Positions 11,281-25,054 of a DNA stretch of 64,000 nucleotides are shown here, piece by piece. The DNA is from Paraspadella gotoi. Lineage: Eukaryota; Animalia; Chaetognatha. Both the position numbers and the translations under genes were made by a program. Under the pieces are notes generated by a model. The model ran no database searches and had not been told where the DNA came from. It saw only the letters and a list, made by a program, of their open reading frames with translations. Location of the stretch: positions 5,969,431 through 6,033,430 of the forward strand of contig CM119266.1 of assembly GCA_051294375.1 (NCBI GenBank). Direction: 5' to 3'. The stretch's first letter is position 1. Each line of letters begins with the position of its first letter.

Positions 11281-12958
11281 CTGTTTGGGTTTTTTTTTTT
11301 TTGGAAGGAGGGGGGGCGTTGGGGGGGGAGTGGGGGAAAGAGAGGAGGAGGCAGTAGAGGAGAGAGGGAAAGAGAGGAGAGAGGGGAGAACAGAAAAAGA
11401 AAGGAAAAGGGAAAATAGATGACAAGGAAAAAGAAAAGAAAGAAAAAAAGAAGAAAAGGAAAAGTATGTGAGGTGAGGAAAAGGATAAGAAAAGAAAAAG
11501 AGAGAGAAAGGAAGGTCATTAAAAGAGGGAAGGGATAATAAAAAAGGAAAGGAGAAAGAAAGGAAGGTCATTAAAAGAGGGGAGGGATAATTAAGGTAAG
11601 AGCGGGAAGAAGAAGAGTTATTATTGTGATGTGGATGTTTTGTTTGATTTTTGTATTTGTGTCTTATTTGATGTCTGTTTTTTGTGGGATGAGCTCCCAT
11701 GACAGACGCAGACTGGGGCTGGAGGCGCGGCGCGTAGAACCTCTAATCTTTTTCATCTTGGATTGTAGGAGTGCTACGCAACTCATTCCTTCCCTCCCCT
11801 CCTTTCACCCCTCCCCCTCCCCTTCTCTCTCCGACGCTATCCCCTACTCCCCTATCGCCCTCTTCCTTCCCCTCTCCCCTCTCCCTTCCCCTCTACCCCT
11901 TCTGCTAGCTCCCCTATCCCCTCTCCCCTTCTTCCTTCCCCTCTCCCTTGCCCCTACTCCGCCTTATCCCCTCTCCCTTCCCCTCTCCCCTCTCTTACCC
12001 CTTCTCCCCTTCTCTCTTCCCCGTATCCCTCTCCCCTATCCCCTACTTCCCTCCCCTCTACCCTTTTCCCCTTTCTCCCCTATCCCCTCTCCATTCCCCT
12101 TTTTCCCTCTCCCTTTCTCTCTCCCATCTTCCTTCCCCTCTCCCTTTTTCTCTCTTCCCTATTCCCCTCTCCCATCCCCTTTCCCCCACCCTCTCTCCCT
12201 TCTCCCTTCCCCTCTTCCTTCCCCTCTCCCCTTTATCTCTCCTCCCCTCTTGCATTTCCCCTTTAACCACTCGATCTCTTTCTTANNNNNNNNNNNNNNN
12301 NNNNNNNNNNGGATGAGGCAGAGATGAGTAGAGTACAGGGTGGACAAAAAGAAAAAAAAATAACCTGGTGAAAAAACCTCAAAAATGTCCAGATCAAGGA
12401 AGAGAAAGAAGAGTTAATAAAAAATATAATTTTTCTCTTTTTCTCTTTTTTTTTGTTCATAAGCATGAATATTTTCACAAATTAACTCTGGTTGTGATTG
12501 ANNNNNNNNNNNNNNNNNNNNNNNNNNNNNNNNNNNNNNNNNNNNNNNNNNNNNNNNNNNNNNNNNNNNNNNNNNNNNNNNNNNNNNNNNNNNNNNNNNN
12601 NNNNNNNNNNNNNNNNNNNNNNNNNNNNNNNNNNNNNNNNNNNNNNNNNNNNNNNNNNNNNNNNNNNNNNNNNNNNNNNNNNNNNNNNNNNNNNNNNNNN
12701 NNNNNNNGAGAGAGAGATAATACTAAAAAAGAAATGAGCTCTCGATTTTTCTTTCACAATTTGACGATTAATGAAGAAAGGAGGAGGACAGGTTTATGTG
12801 AAACAATAATCGTCACAAAAACGAACCCAAAATGACATCCAGTGACATCGAAATGACATCTAATGACATTAAAACGTTTAAGTGATGCAACCTTCTCCTC
12901 ATTTACAATTTACGAGAAAGTAATTCCTGATCGTCCCCGAAAAACCGGACATATAGAG

Positions 12959-13005
<47 letters not shown>

Positions 13006-13886
13006 TGGATCCCGAATTCCTTTAAAATGATCTTGACCTTGAAATACAAACTTCGAATTCATCAGATTTAAAATTCGAGAATAACAATAACATCCACATG
13101 TCCCATCAAGACAGATGGCGCTTTAAAAGTCATCGATCACAGAGGGACAAGTTTGTTTTTTGAAACAAAAGGCTACGACATTCTCCTTAGGCCCTGTTAC
13201 CTCATCTTGTTTTAAAAGAAGAAAAAAAAACATTATTTGTAACGTAAATCGGGGATCGTGTAATTTGTTCTTCCCTGTTTTGTTTTTTTCTTTCTTTTTC
13301 ACGTTTTCTCGATTTTGTCTTTTGTTTACATTCAACTTTTTTTTTCTCCGCCAGAAATGTTTTTTCGAAAAAAAAAATACTCGATTCGGCGGAAAAAATC
13401 TGGAATCTATTTTCATAAAATTTAAATATTAATTTAAATAAATTTTTTTTATAAAAATATGATAAAAAGATTTGTTAATTAATAATTTTGAGAATTAAAA
13501 AAACCAACATGAAATATAATTTTCATAATATAACAATTGCAATAACTATTGGTTTTATCATTTGTTGTAAACTAGCTTAATTTCAAACCTTGCATTCTCT
13601 ATCAATAAGATAAAGTACATGAAATATATCAAACTCAACTCAAAAAGAGTAATTTCCTCAAAATATTTATCCGGCCAATCGGGTACATAAAAAAAAAAAN
13701 NNNNNNNNNNNNNNNNNNNNNNNNNNNNNNNNNNNNNNNNNNNNNNNNNNNNNNNNNNNNNNNNNNNNNNNNNNNNNNNNNNNNNNNNNNNNNNNNNNNN
13801 NNNNNNNNNNNNNNNNNNNNNNNNNNNNNNNNNNNNNNNNNNNNNNNNNNNNNNNNNNNNNNNNNNNNNNNNNNNNNNNNNNNNNN

Positions 13887-13948
13887 GGGCGGTGGTAAGA
13901 GGTTCCAGAAAGGCGCGGGTCGGCAGGGGATTCGAGTAAGTCGATATC
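13887..13948 (-). CDS. Probable CUB-gene exon running into an N-gap
   Basis: TTGTCAG acceptor; phase 0 matches the upstream exon. Reads DIDLLESPADPRLSGTSYHR, then the gap. Confidence 0.35.
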
Positions 13949-16688
13949 CTGACAACATAAAAAAAAATAATAATCTTTCAGATTTGTCTCGACTTTTATG
14001 AATATTTACGAACTTTTATGAAACGATTCCCAGTTTTGTTTGAGAGGAAAAACAAAAGACGCACAAGCGAAATTCGATATATTCACGATTTTTCCAATTT
14101 TCCCGCATCAACAGAGAAATCATGTGATAAACATTTTCCTCGATTTAAAAAAACGTCTAATTTTTTTTTTTTTTCAAAATCAAAAACATTATGACATTTC
14201 GTCTCTCTCCGGGACATACGTATTTAATTCGACAGGCCGTAGCACGATCCTTTTTTTTTCAAATACGAAAATTTAAAGTTTTCATTACTCTAAATGTAAT
14301 TACCTCGTTTTAAGATCTGACGAGGGACGACTAATAATATTAATAATATTAATAATCACATTCCGAGACGTTAAAAACATTAATCTGTCAAAATTGTTTT
14401 TCCTTCTCTAATTTTTTCAACCTTCGCAAAAACAGGGGAATCCACCCAAATCGATAGAAATAACACTTCATATTTCCAGTTTGATAAAAAAATGTAAGCT
14501 TGGAGATTGTAGCCTCGGGGCCCCGCGAGATTTGTTGGAGAGAGAGAGAGAGAGAGAACAACCACGTTTCTGTATTTTCTTTCATATTCATTTCATATTT
14601 TTTTCTTTTTTAAACGTCATCGAAGGAAATAAAATATTTTTGCCGGGAATGTAGTATGTAATAACAGAAGTTGAAAAGAAAACATAGAGCGTCATATTTT
14701 CAAGGCCTCTGGTTCCTTCGGTCCACCTGAAACCCTAAAGACTTTTTTGGCTCTAAGATTTCCCTTCCAGATGCCGAGCGACGTCATAAGACGCCCACCC
14801 CCCCCCCCTTTGTCTCTTGGTGGACCCACAGAAGTACAACCCAATGGACTAAAACTCAAATTTATTTATGAAATTGGTACAACCAATATAAAAATTATCC
14901 GTTCATTTAATAAATAAGCTATCAAAATACAAGGAGCTGACTGTTATGTTATATTTATTTATTTTTAAATTCTATTTATTTTGAATCTTTTTTTAAGAAA
15001 CTTTCAGATTAAAACAATAATTATTCCATGAAAGATTTCGTCTAATCTTCCAGACCATCAAAAAATCCCATTGCTCTTTTCTCTCTCGTCCCGAGAGCTC
15101 TGAACCTCAAAAGCCGGGTTTCCCATCCCTTAAAAGAACCAGAGCTCGAGACCTCCCAAGACCCTCGAAGATAAGAGGTTTAACCCCGAGAGTCAATGAC
15201 CTTTTTTTTCTTTCCGCGAGATGATTTAAATGGTTTACGTCGACAAAAATCCCAATTTTCAACGAAAACATTTTTTTTTTGTCAGAAAAATGCCGGGCTT
15301 AAGTCTTCGACAGTTTGAGTATCACGAACGTCAAAAAATTATCCTGAGTTGGTGCTGAGTTTTTTTNNNNNNNNNNNNNNNNNNNNNNNNNNNNNNNNNN
15401 NNNNNNNNNNNNNNNNNNNNNNNNNNNNNNNNNNNNNNNNNNNNNNNNNNNNNNNNNNNNNNNNNNNNNNNNNNNNNNNNNNNNNNNNNNNNNNNNNNNN
15501 NNNNNNNNNNNNNNNNNNNNNNNNNNNNNNNNNNNNGCTCTTTTGTCTGTCAACGAACTCGAGTTTTCCCGCCAAAAAAACCGATTGTTTGTTTACGTTT
15601 TACGTCATTTGTTTACCTCGGGCCGGCGGCGACTTTGAAGTATCGAAAATCGACTTGAAGTTCGTAACCGATCGGAGCGATCACTGTCCACTTGCAGTTG
15701 AGGCTCTGTCAAAAAACGTAATTCGGCTAATTTGTTTATTTTTCTACTCATGAACTCGTTCATTTGTTAGTTTTTTTCTTTTGAACTGATTTTACGGAGC
15801 CTAATTACGCATTCAGGCTTAGTGAAAGTTGCAGATCAAAATTCGAATAGTTAATCATGAACAGTCTTATAATTTCTCAATTTTCGTATACGCCCATATT
15901 TATACATAGTACTTACCATAGATAATGTCAAAATTTTAAAATAATTTTTTTTTTTAATTTGAAAGCAGATTTTGACCCACTTAATGAAATAATTTTCTAA
16001 AAAGAATAATATTTCCTTTTATCAACTTTTCGTGAGGAATTCGAATCNNNNNNNNNNNNNNNNNNNNNNNNNNNNNNNNNNNNNNNNNNNNNNNNNNNNN
16101 NNNNNNNNNNNNNNNNNNNNNNNNNNNNNNNNNNNNNNNNNNNNNNNNNNNNNNNNNNNNNNNNNNNNNNNNNNNNNNNNNNNNNNNNNNNNNNNNNNNN
16201 NNNNNNNNNNNNNNNNNNNNNNNNNNNNNNNNNNNNNNNNNNNNNNNNNNNNNNNNNNNNNNNNNNNNNNNNNNNNNNNNNNNNNNNNNNNNNNNNNTTC
16301 CTCATAATAAATAAAACAAAAGAATGAATCACAGTATCGAATAAATATGAATTATGGATCATTTAGTGATGAGTAATCACTCTATATTTGAGCAATTAAT
16401 ATACTGGTGAGGCGGTTTGATAAAGCCTTTTCAAACTCATCATGAAACGAATTTTTATTCAAAGTTAAACATGCGATGTGATTTAACATAAAGCAAAAAA
16501 ATTGAAAAAAAAATTTTTACCCCGGTTTTTATAAAAATTATAAGTTAACCGCGTTAACTAATTTAAATTGGTTAATGTTCCTTTTTATTGTAAGATTGTA
16601 TATTTTTCTATTTTTATGTGGTAAATTTGTTTTATATCGCCTGATATTGTTTTTATTGAAATTGTAATTTGTTTTTTTCACTACTCAC

Positions 16689-16848
16689 GTGTTGATAAGA
16701 CCTCCTCCCGAAAAAGTAAGGAGAGCAAATGTTGATTTTGAGGTCATCCACTTTTCCGGTGCAGAGATGAGCGTGAGGATGACGTTGATCCCGAAATTCC
16801 GACAAACAATAAACGTGTGAGCAGGATTGGTCGGCCGCGCCGCAGGAG
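16689..16848 (-). CDS. CUB/mucin-like protein exon 2 (Cys-rich, start of CUB-like domain)
   Basis: CCCCAG acceptor (phase 2) and GTGAGT donor. Reads SCGAADQSCSHVYCLSEF...CTGKVDDLKINICSPYFFGRRSYQH, with a CUB-like I.SP.F....Y pattern. Confidence 0.65.
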
Positions 16849-17279
16849 CTGGGGAAATTGTGAATCGAGATTGTGAATCTCACATTGAATCAAATTGTAA
16901 AATGAAAGTTCAATGTTTAAAAAAAAATAGAATGCCATTTATACTTTAGAAACTTGTTATCATAATCATTACGATCAACTGAATTATCATCATATAAAAG
17001 ATAAATTTTACATTCAAGATTATAGTAAATCAGTGACTCTTCTTTTCCTATTAAAGCTGTCGAAACCAATTCAGTTCTCGCTCTCATCGTCAAAAAAAAA
17101 GAAGGGAAAAATCATATTTCTCTCTCTCGCCAACTTGTTTCAATTTTTCGATCTGAGTTTTTATGGCTTTTTTTTCACTTGTTTATCGTTCGACTTAAAA
17201 AAAAAACAAATGACTACCAGGCAACCAGCTATTCTTTTTTTGATTATTATCGTTTTTTAAAAAAATTATTATTCTTTTC

Positions 17280-17343
<64 letters not shown>

Positions 17344-17636
17344 TTTCTTCCCTCGTAAAAATTCTTCGACTCACGAAAAATCCCTCCCCCTTTTTTTATA
17401 CGAGGATGAGTTTAACAACTCCTCTGGTCTTCGGACAAAAAAAAAAGAACAAAAAAGAACAAAAAAGAAGAACAAGAAAAAAGAACAAGTCGAATTAGTT
17501 TGATGAACTATCACTCAGTCAATCCGCAGATATTTCGCCGTCAGCGGGTTAATTATTTTCTTTCTTTTTTTTTGCTTTCTTTTCTAAGTTCTAGCCTTCT
17601 CTCGTACTCCCTCTCTTTCTCCCCCCTCCCCGAAAA

Positions 17637-17760
<124 letters not shown>

Positions 17761-18029
17761 ACTAAGAACTTTTAATAGTTTCGGCCGTTGAACCGTTTAA
17801 ATCGTCGGGACTCGGGAGACAGAAAGAGGAGAGAGAGAGAGATGATGACCCAGTTATGAGTTGTGACATCCTGACATGAGTTATGACATTCCGAGTAATG
17901 AGGCGCCGGAATTTTCACTTTCGCGTCTCAGGTGAAGAAAAAAAAGTTTAAAATGAAATTAACGACAAAAAAAAAAGAATGTGAGGAAAAAATGTGAAAA
18001 ATGCATCGAGAGAAACAAATAAAGAAAGG

Positions 18030-18255
18030 AATTTTGGGCACTGTTTTCCGAGAGTGCCCCATTTGGATTCTTAATCCTTAAACATAATTTTAATGTTGAG
18101 TTAATTTTTTTTTTTTACCTAACTTCCATCCCTAATAACTAACCTGAATTCCTAACCTTATTTTCGAATCATTAATCAAATAATTAAACCTCAGAACAAA
18201 CGTAATTTTTACATTAAGTTGAAATAGGGCGCTCTGGAAAAACGGGGCCCAATTT
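18030..18255. mobile_element. MITE-like element with imperfect TIRs and CCTAAC-like interior, copy A
   Basis: TTTTCCGAGAGTGCCCCATTT ... AAATAGGGCGCTCTGGAAAA form an inverted pair; related to 62745-62946. Confidence 0.5.
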
Positions 18256-19334
18256 TCAAACCGCGCTGCATTCCCGACTTCATTCAAAATTGACAATAAA
18301 ATAATAAAAAATAACAATAGTAATAACAAGTATCACTTCTTTTACTTAACGACCTCTCTTCCATTCGTGACGTTTTCGTTGTTTCCTTCCGCATATATCG
18401 TCTCTCTCCTCTCTCTCTTCTCTCTTTCCTCTCCTCTCTCTCCTCTCTCTCTTCTCTCCCTCTCTCCACTCATTCTCTCCGTCTCCGATCCCTCCCCTCA
18501 CCGTCGCAGGTCACTTCCTGATCCGCCCGACACTCGAACGACACTACTCGCTCTCCCCCCCTCCTACACTGCTCCCTTCCCTGTGGAACCACGGCTACCT
18601 TTGTCGAAGAGATCTGGTTTTCTCCGCCGCCTACTACACACGCCTCTTGCCTGTCCTCCTGCATATCTCCCCTCTCTCCTTCATGCGCTACGCTTCCTCA
18701 CCTACGTGGTCTCTCTCCGCCTCTGCCTCTTCTCTCACATCCCATCTCCGTGTGCTAGTGAACCATCCTGCTTTCATTTTTTTTGGACTTCCAGCCGTGG
18801 CATAATCCTGACCGTCGCCTGTCGAGATCGCATCCTCTGCCCCACCGCTGCGGTCAGCGTACATCTCTCTTCTTCCCCTCTCCGTCCTTCCCGTCCTCGT
18901 TCTCATTCATCCCGCCTCCGGCTCTGCCCTTCTCTCACTCCCGACCTCTCTTCTCTCCCCACTCCCCCTCTTACCACTACCTCTCATCGTCTCTCTCTCT
19001 CTTCCTTCTCTTGGAATTCAAACTCCCTCTTCTTTGATGAGAATTCCGCCGTTTCTCATGTTCCATCGGGTGATATCTTCTGTCCCCCGGTGATTTCCCT
19101 TTTCCCTTTTTTTATGTGTGATCTTTTTAAGTTTTACGTTCGAATCTCGACCTTCGACTTCGGAGACGAAGATTCACTCGTGAAAAGAATCACTCGAGAC
19201 GCCGGCGACGCCGAATCACGTGACTTGTTTCACGTGAGTCACGTAGATTGAATTTACTCACTTTACTCATTTTTGACTAATAACTTTACTTGGATAAATT
19301 AATTTATTGTTGTCCTATCATTTCATATTCAATC

Positions 19335-19493
19335 AATCTATCAATCAATCACTTCACTCACAATCCGATCAATCAAACACTTCACTCACAATTCTATCAA
19401 TCCATCCTTCAATCACTTCACTCACTATCCAATCAATCAATCGATCAATCACTTCACTCACAATCCAATCAATCAATCAATCATTTCACTCAC
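19335..19493 (-). repeat. About 30 bp tandem repeat, each unit beginning GTGAGTGAA (donor consensus)
   Basis: Five units starting exactly at the real donor. Confidence 0.85.
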
Positions 19494-19588
19494 CCGGCCG
19501 GTCGCCTACTTCTTCCTCTTCTCTGTTGATTGGCGTCCGACGCTACAGCGATCAACGCGAAAAGCGACAAAATACAGTCGAGCCTCAT
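19494..19588 (-). CDS. CUB/mucin-like protein, first coding exon with signal peptide
   Basis: Reads MRLDCILSLFALIAVASDANQQRRGRSRRPAG. GTGAGT donor at phase 2 matches the exon at 16848. Confidence 0.7.
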
Positions 19589-19724
19589 TGTTTGTTTTTT
19601 TTTTTTTTTTGATTGTTTTTGTATTTTATTTATAATTAGTCTTGTTTTGGGTTTTGGCGCGAGGATGCGGCGCAGAAAAAAAATGACCCAACAGGCGCGG
19701 GATAAAAACACAAAAGGGACCCAA

Positions 19725-19764
<40 letters not shown>

Positions 19765-20441
19765 CAGGTGGCGCGTGAAAGAGCCAAAGAAATAAACAGG
19801 CGTCGCCTGATGAAAGAAATAAAAAAAGCAGCAGTCGTCAGTGAAATGTAACTTTTTTTCTCTTTTTCTTTGATTTTTATTAGTTGAGGGTTTTTTTATT
19901 GCTCCAGCTTTTTTATTATTTTTTTAAGTAAGAAAATCGTAGAAAATAATAATAAAATCGTTAATTGCGTGAAGAGTTTTGTGAAATCGTGAAATTTCGT
20001 CTGATTTTTTCGACGACGATTTTCGTGATTATTTTTTTTTTTTGACTTTTTTCTTCTATTTTATTTACTTTTTTATGTTTAATTTTTTTCTTTCTCTCGT
20101 TTTTATCACCGAAAAATCGGAGATTTTTTTTATTATTTTTCGTTTTTTCTTTTACTCACGTTTTTTTTCTCTCTTTTTTTTTACGCGGGATGTTTTAAAA
20201 AAATGAGTTTCTGTCGACCAGAGAGAAAACAGTTTCAGTTTTATGTCTTTTGTTTTGTTTTCTTTGTTTTCATTTGTCAAAAAATTTTTTTCGAAAAAAA
20301 AATGTAAAAGGTTCACATTGGAAGTTTTCACCAGTGATGTTCACGAAGAAGATTCACGATTTTACGATCGATTCACGCGTTGGACTCGAGATACGAGAAA
20401 ATCACAAATCTAGAGGAAAAAATCGTAAAAGTCGCGCAAAC

Positions 20442-20476
<35 letters not shown>

Positions 20477-20663
20477 NNNNNNNNNNNNNNNNNNNNNNNN
20501 NNNNNNNNNNNNNNNNNNNNNNNNNNNNNNNNNNNNNNNNNNNNNNNNNNNNNNNNNNNNNNNNNNNNNNNNNNNNNNNNNNNNNNNNNNNNNNNNNNNN
20601 NNNNNNNNNNNNNNNNNNNNNNNNNNNNNNNNNNNNNNNNNNNNNNNNNNNNNNNNNNNNNNN

Positions 20664-20699
<36 letters not shown>

Positions 20700-21179
20700 T
20701 CGAGAAAAGTTACGCCTCTTCAAAAGAAAAGGAAAACTTTGTGAGAGGTCGGTTCGTATAATGTAGATGAGAGTCAGTAATTGAGTTCACTATCATTTAT
20801 CATTTATCTTAAACAATAAATATTGAGATATTCAAACTATTAATATATGTTTATAATTTTTATAAATTTTTTATTTTACTTTTTCTTTTTAATTATTCAA
20901 AGATAAAATTATATATTTTGGGGATTAAATGTAATGAAATTAGAGGGAACGTTTATACATTTATACATATGTTTATACTTATACAATACAAGGTTAAAAT
21001 ACTTTCCGATATAGTTTTCTAAACAGTTATTTTGCATTAAATTGGGTTAAAAAGTCATTACTGAGAAATAATAACATATAACGATAAAATAGGAACGTTT
21101 GCAAATTTGGCGAAGATATAAAATCTGGAGATGTGAAAATGTTATTTTGTGAAAAGGAAGAGGGGTAAGAGAAAATGTG

Positions 21180-21340
21180 ATTAAAGGAGGATGTGATAAA
21201 ATGAGGATGTGATAAAATTAGGTGGTGATAAAACAATGATGTGATAAAACGAGGATGTGATAAACAAGGATGTGATAAAAGGAAAGTATGATAAAGGAGG
21301 ATGTGATGAAATGAGGATGTGATAAAAGGAAGATGTGAGA
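21180..21340. repeat. About 16-17 bp minisatellite (GGATGTGATAAAATGA)
   Basis: About 9 degenerate units. Confidence 0.85.
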
Positions 21341-21423
21341 AGAAGAAAGATATAAATTTCACCGTGAAAGACAAGTCGTTGGACTTTAGACCGAAAAGTG
21401 CTGAATGTGTTCGGATCCGGGTA

Positions 21424-21460
<37 letters not shown>

Positions 21461-21474
21461 NNNNNNNNNNNNNN

Positions 21475-21509
<35 letters not shown>

Positions 21510-21913
21510 TATAAATAATACTTATAATGATTATATTATTAATCATAATCGAGATCATGAAGCTTAGTAAAAAGAAAAGCTACTAAACATGAAGCATTAA
21601 GATTTTTAAAAAAGTTTCATTTTCATTTAGAGTTTGGGAGAAAAAAATAAAACAAACATTTTGGATTTAAATATCAAACTTTTTGCTCATTAAAAGGGTT
21701 AATAAACCTGATAAACTCTCCGGAGGGAAAAGAAGAATTATTAAAAGATATGTGTGAGAGAGANNNNNNNNNNNNNNNNNNNNNNNNNNNNNNNNNNNNN
21801 NNNNNNNNNNNNNNNNNNNNNNNNNNNNNNNNNNNNNNNNNNNNNNNNNNNNNNNNNNNNNNNNNNNNNNNNNNNNNNNNNNNNNNNNNNNNNNNNNNNN
21901 NNNNNNNNNNNNN

Positions 21914-21947
<34 letters not shown>

Positions 21948-22049
21948 TCACTCTCTGGTGGTTCGAGTTTCCACGCGAAACAAAAAATGCCAACAATGAA
22001 AAACAAAAGGAGAAAACAGAAACGAAAAATATTTTTGGAAGATTTAGGG

Positions 22050-22660
22050 AAAAGAAACGAAAAGAAAAGAAAAGTAAAGAAAAGAAAATAAAAGAAGGCA
22101 AAGAAACGAAATGAAAAGAAAAGAAAAGAAGGCAAAGAAAAGAAAAAAGAAAGAAAAGAAAAAAGAAAAGAGAGAAAGAAAAGAAAAAAAAGATAAGAAA
22201 AGAAAAGAAAGAAAAGAAGGCAGAGAAAAAGAAAAGAAAAAAAAGAAAGAAAAAGAAGCAAAGAAAAGAAAGAAGGCAAAGAAAAGAAAAGAACAGAAAG
22301 ATAAGAAATGAAAATTAAAGAAAAGAGAGAAAAGATAGAAAAAGAAAAAAAAGCAAAGAAGGAAAAGAAAAGAAAAAAGTAAAGAAAAGAAAAAAAGAAA
22401 AGAAGACAAATAGAAAAAAGAAAAGAAAAGAAGACAAAAAGAAAGAAAAGAAAGATAAGAAAAGAAAAAAAAGCAAAGAAAGAAAAGATAAAAAAGTAAA
22501 AGAAAGAAGACAAAAAGAAAAGAAAAGAAAGAAAAGAAGACAAAAAAAAGAAGAGAAAGAAAAGAAAAGAAAAGAAAAGAAAAGAAAAGAAAGAAAGAAA
22601 AAAAGAAAGAAAAGAAAAGAAAGAAAAGAAAAGAAAAGAAAAGAAAAGAAAAGAAAAAAG
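22050..22660. repeat. Degenerate (GAAAA)n purine tract
   Basis: Low-complexity A/G sequence. Confidence 0.9.
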
Positions 22661-22711
22661 CTCTATCAAAGAGGAAGAAACTAAATCTCAAAGAAGCGTC
22701 TCAATTTTCTA

Positions 22712-22742
<31 letters not shown>

Positions 22743-25017
22743 GATATATCGTCGTTATCGTCGGCAGAAGTCATAAAAGAAGAATTGTGATTGTGAAACG
22801 TGAATCGTGAAACTGGATTCGACCAGCGGAAGAAAAAAGGGGAAAGACTAAACCTAAAACCATTCGGTTCTTAGAGAAGCTGGGGAGGCGGAGGGTTAGT
22901 TTGGGGTTAAAGGGGGTTTGGGGGGGGTAGTAATTTGGGTTTGGGGGGTAGTAATTTGGGGGGTTAAAGGTGAATGCAGATGAGGATGGTGCCCGTGAAG
23001 GATGGAGGACTTAATCCACCAAAACTTAAGGCGAAATAGCTTATTAAATAATTATTAAAATATTGGAAAACTTTTACATCGGTTGTACCAATTTCATAGC
23101 CTATCCGAAGTCAGTGATAGCTTATTTATTTAATGAATGATTAATTTATGTATTGGTTGTACCAGTTTTATAAACAAAAGAGTGGGCGAATTTTATATGG
23201 GGACTAGTAAAAAATAAAGAAAACAAGCGAATACAAAAAATTATATATATATCTCTGTTTAATTTGTTAAATTAATAACGTCATACTTAGCCCTTAATTC
23301 ATGTATATTACAAAACCTCTCATTTTATTGCAAAAATCCTTTATCTTTTTATTCCAATCCTCTTAAAATATACTTTTAAAATATTTTTATACATTTGACA
23401 TTTTCTGATCGATCTTTTCAGAGATGCTCTTTTGTTAGTGAACGATCGATCTGGAATTCTATATATTCCCTTGTGATCGTATATTTTTTATCAGCAGTAA
23501 ATAACAAAAAGGCGTAGTTTGTAATAACAAACAAAGAATTTACTATTTTCTAATACTATATGTAAAAAAAAAATATAAGCTTAGAAGCTGCGAGGAAATG
23601 AAAAAAAGACCGGATTTTTAAAACTTCATTTGGTAGGAAGTTAAAAGAAAGCGAACCAGATTTTAATTTTATCTGATTGAAAAGGGAAAAAGGTGATTTC
23701 CGAATAAATGTGAGAGAGTGAATGAGAGATACAGNNNNNNNNNNNNNNNNNNNNNNNNNNNNNNNNNNNNNNNNNNNNNNNNNNNNNNNNNNNNNNNNNN
23801 NNNNNNNNNNNNNNNNNNNNNNNNNNNNNNNNNNNNNNNNNNGATTGAAAGAGAAAGTGAGAGTGAGAGAGAGATTGAGAGAGAAAGAAAGAAAGAGAGA
23901 GATAGAGTAAATATTCGCTTTGATCCAAGGCGGAAGTACAAAGTGGGCGTGAGAGGCGCCCAACGCGGTGGCCTATTCTCGTGGGCGAAGTGGCGTGGGG
24001 CCAAGTGTGGTTTACCGTGGGCGGGTGGCCACTGGCCCGCGGTTGTGGGCGTCGCCCCCTTCTGAGATCGATTAAGGCGCGTGGGTGCCGAGGGGGGCGG
24101 TGAGGGGGCGTGGTTCATATGGGGTCTCTCCGCGGGATGNNNNNNNNNNNNNNNNNNNNNNNNNNNNNNNNNNNNNNNNNNNNNNNNNNNNNNNNNNNNN
24201 NNNNNNNNNNNNNNNNNNNNNNNNNNNNNNNNNNNNNNNNNNNNNNNNNNNNNNNNNNNNNNNNNNNNNNNNNNNNNNNNNNNNNNNNNNNNNNNNNNNN
24301 NNNNNNNNNNNNNNNNNNNNNNNNNNNNNNNNNNNNNNNNNNNNNNNNNNNNNNNNNNNNNNNNNNNNNNNNNNNNNNNNNNNNNNNNNNNNNNNTTGTT
24401 GTTGTTGTTGTTGTTGTTGTTATTATTGTTGTTGTTGTTTTGGTGTTGTTGTTGTTGTTTTTTTAGATGTGAAATCAAGATGTGAATTGGTAATCGTTTT
24501 GCTTTCCTTTTTCCTTAGGCTATTATTTTAAGCGTTGCTTTCTTTTAATCCCTTTTGTTTGGCTAATTTTTTTATAAAAAAAGATGGTTTTTACTTTTTG
24601 AGAGTTTTGTCTTTTTAAGATGGTACGAACAATATAACAATTTTACTCTATTTCATACGTAAACAATGTTAATTTGTTTTTTGTTGTCGTCATCTTTGGA
24701 TTCTTTTCATGACGAATTTCCTCTTCGATCTCACATCGATGATCAGTTAAGAGTTTCACTTAAAAAGGTCAGTGATTAATTCAGTGATTCGCTCGTGGTT
24801 TGCTTGTGGTCAGCGTGGGCCAATCACCTTTGGGATCTCTCTCTTTCTCTCTGTCTCTGTCTCTCTCNNNNNNNNNNNNNNNNNNNNNNNNNNNNNNNNN
24901 NNNNNNNNNNNNNNNNNNNNNNNNNNNNNNNNNNNNNNNNNNNNNNNNNNNNNNNNNNNNNNNNNNNNNNNNNNNNNNNNNNNNNNNNNNNNNNNNNNNN
25001 NNNNNNNNNNNNNNNNN

Positions 25018-25054
<37 letters not shown>

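Noticed and set aside
19800-19830. CTGATGA..GAAA hammerhead-like words (also minus strand near 13057 and 61385)
   Set aside because: Stems II and III or the GAAA motif cannot be formed.
21674-22691. Phe/Ser/Leu-rich or Lys/Arg/Glu-rich ORFs (also 11626-12327, 18367-19251)
   Set aside because: They come from low-complexity purine or pyrimidine tracts and N-gaps.
23915-24139. GC-rich island as an exon of a named gene
   Set aside because: It is truncated by N-gaps, has no recognisable motif, and no splice partners could be assigned.
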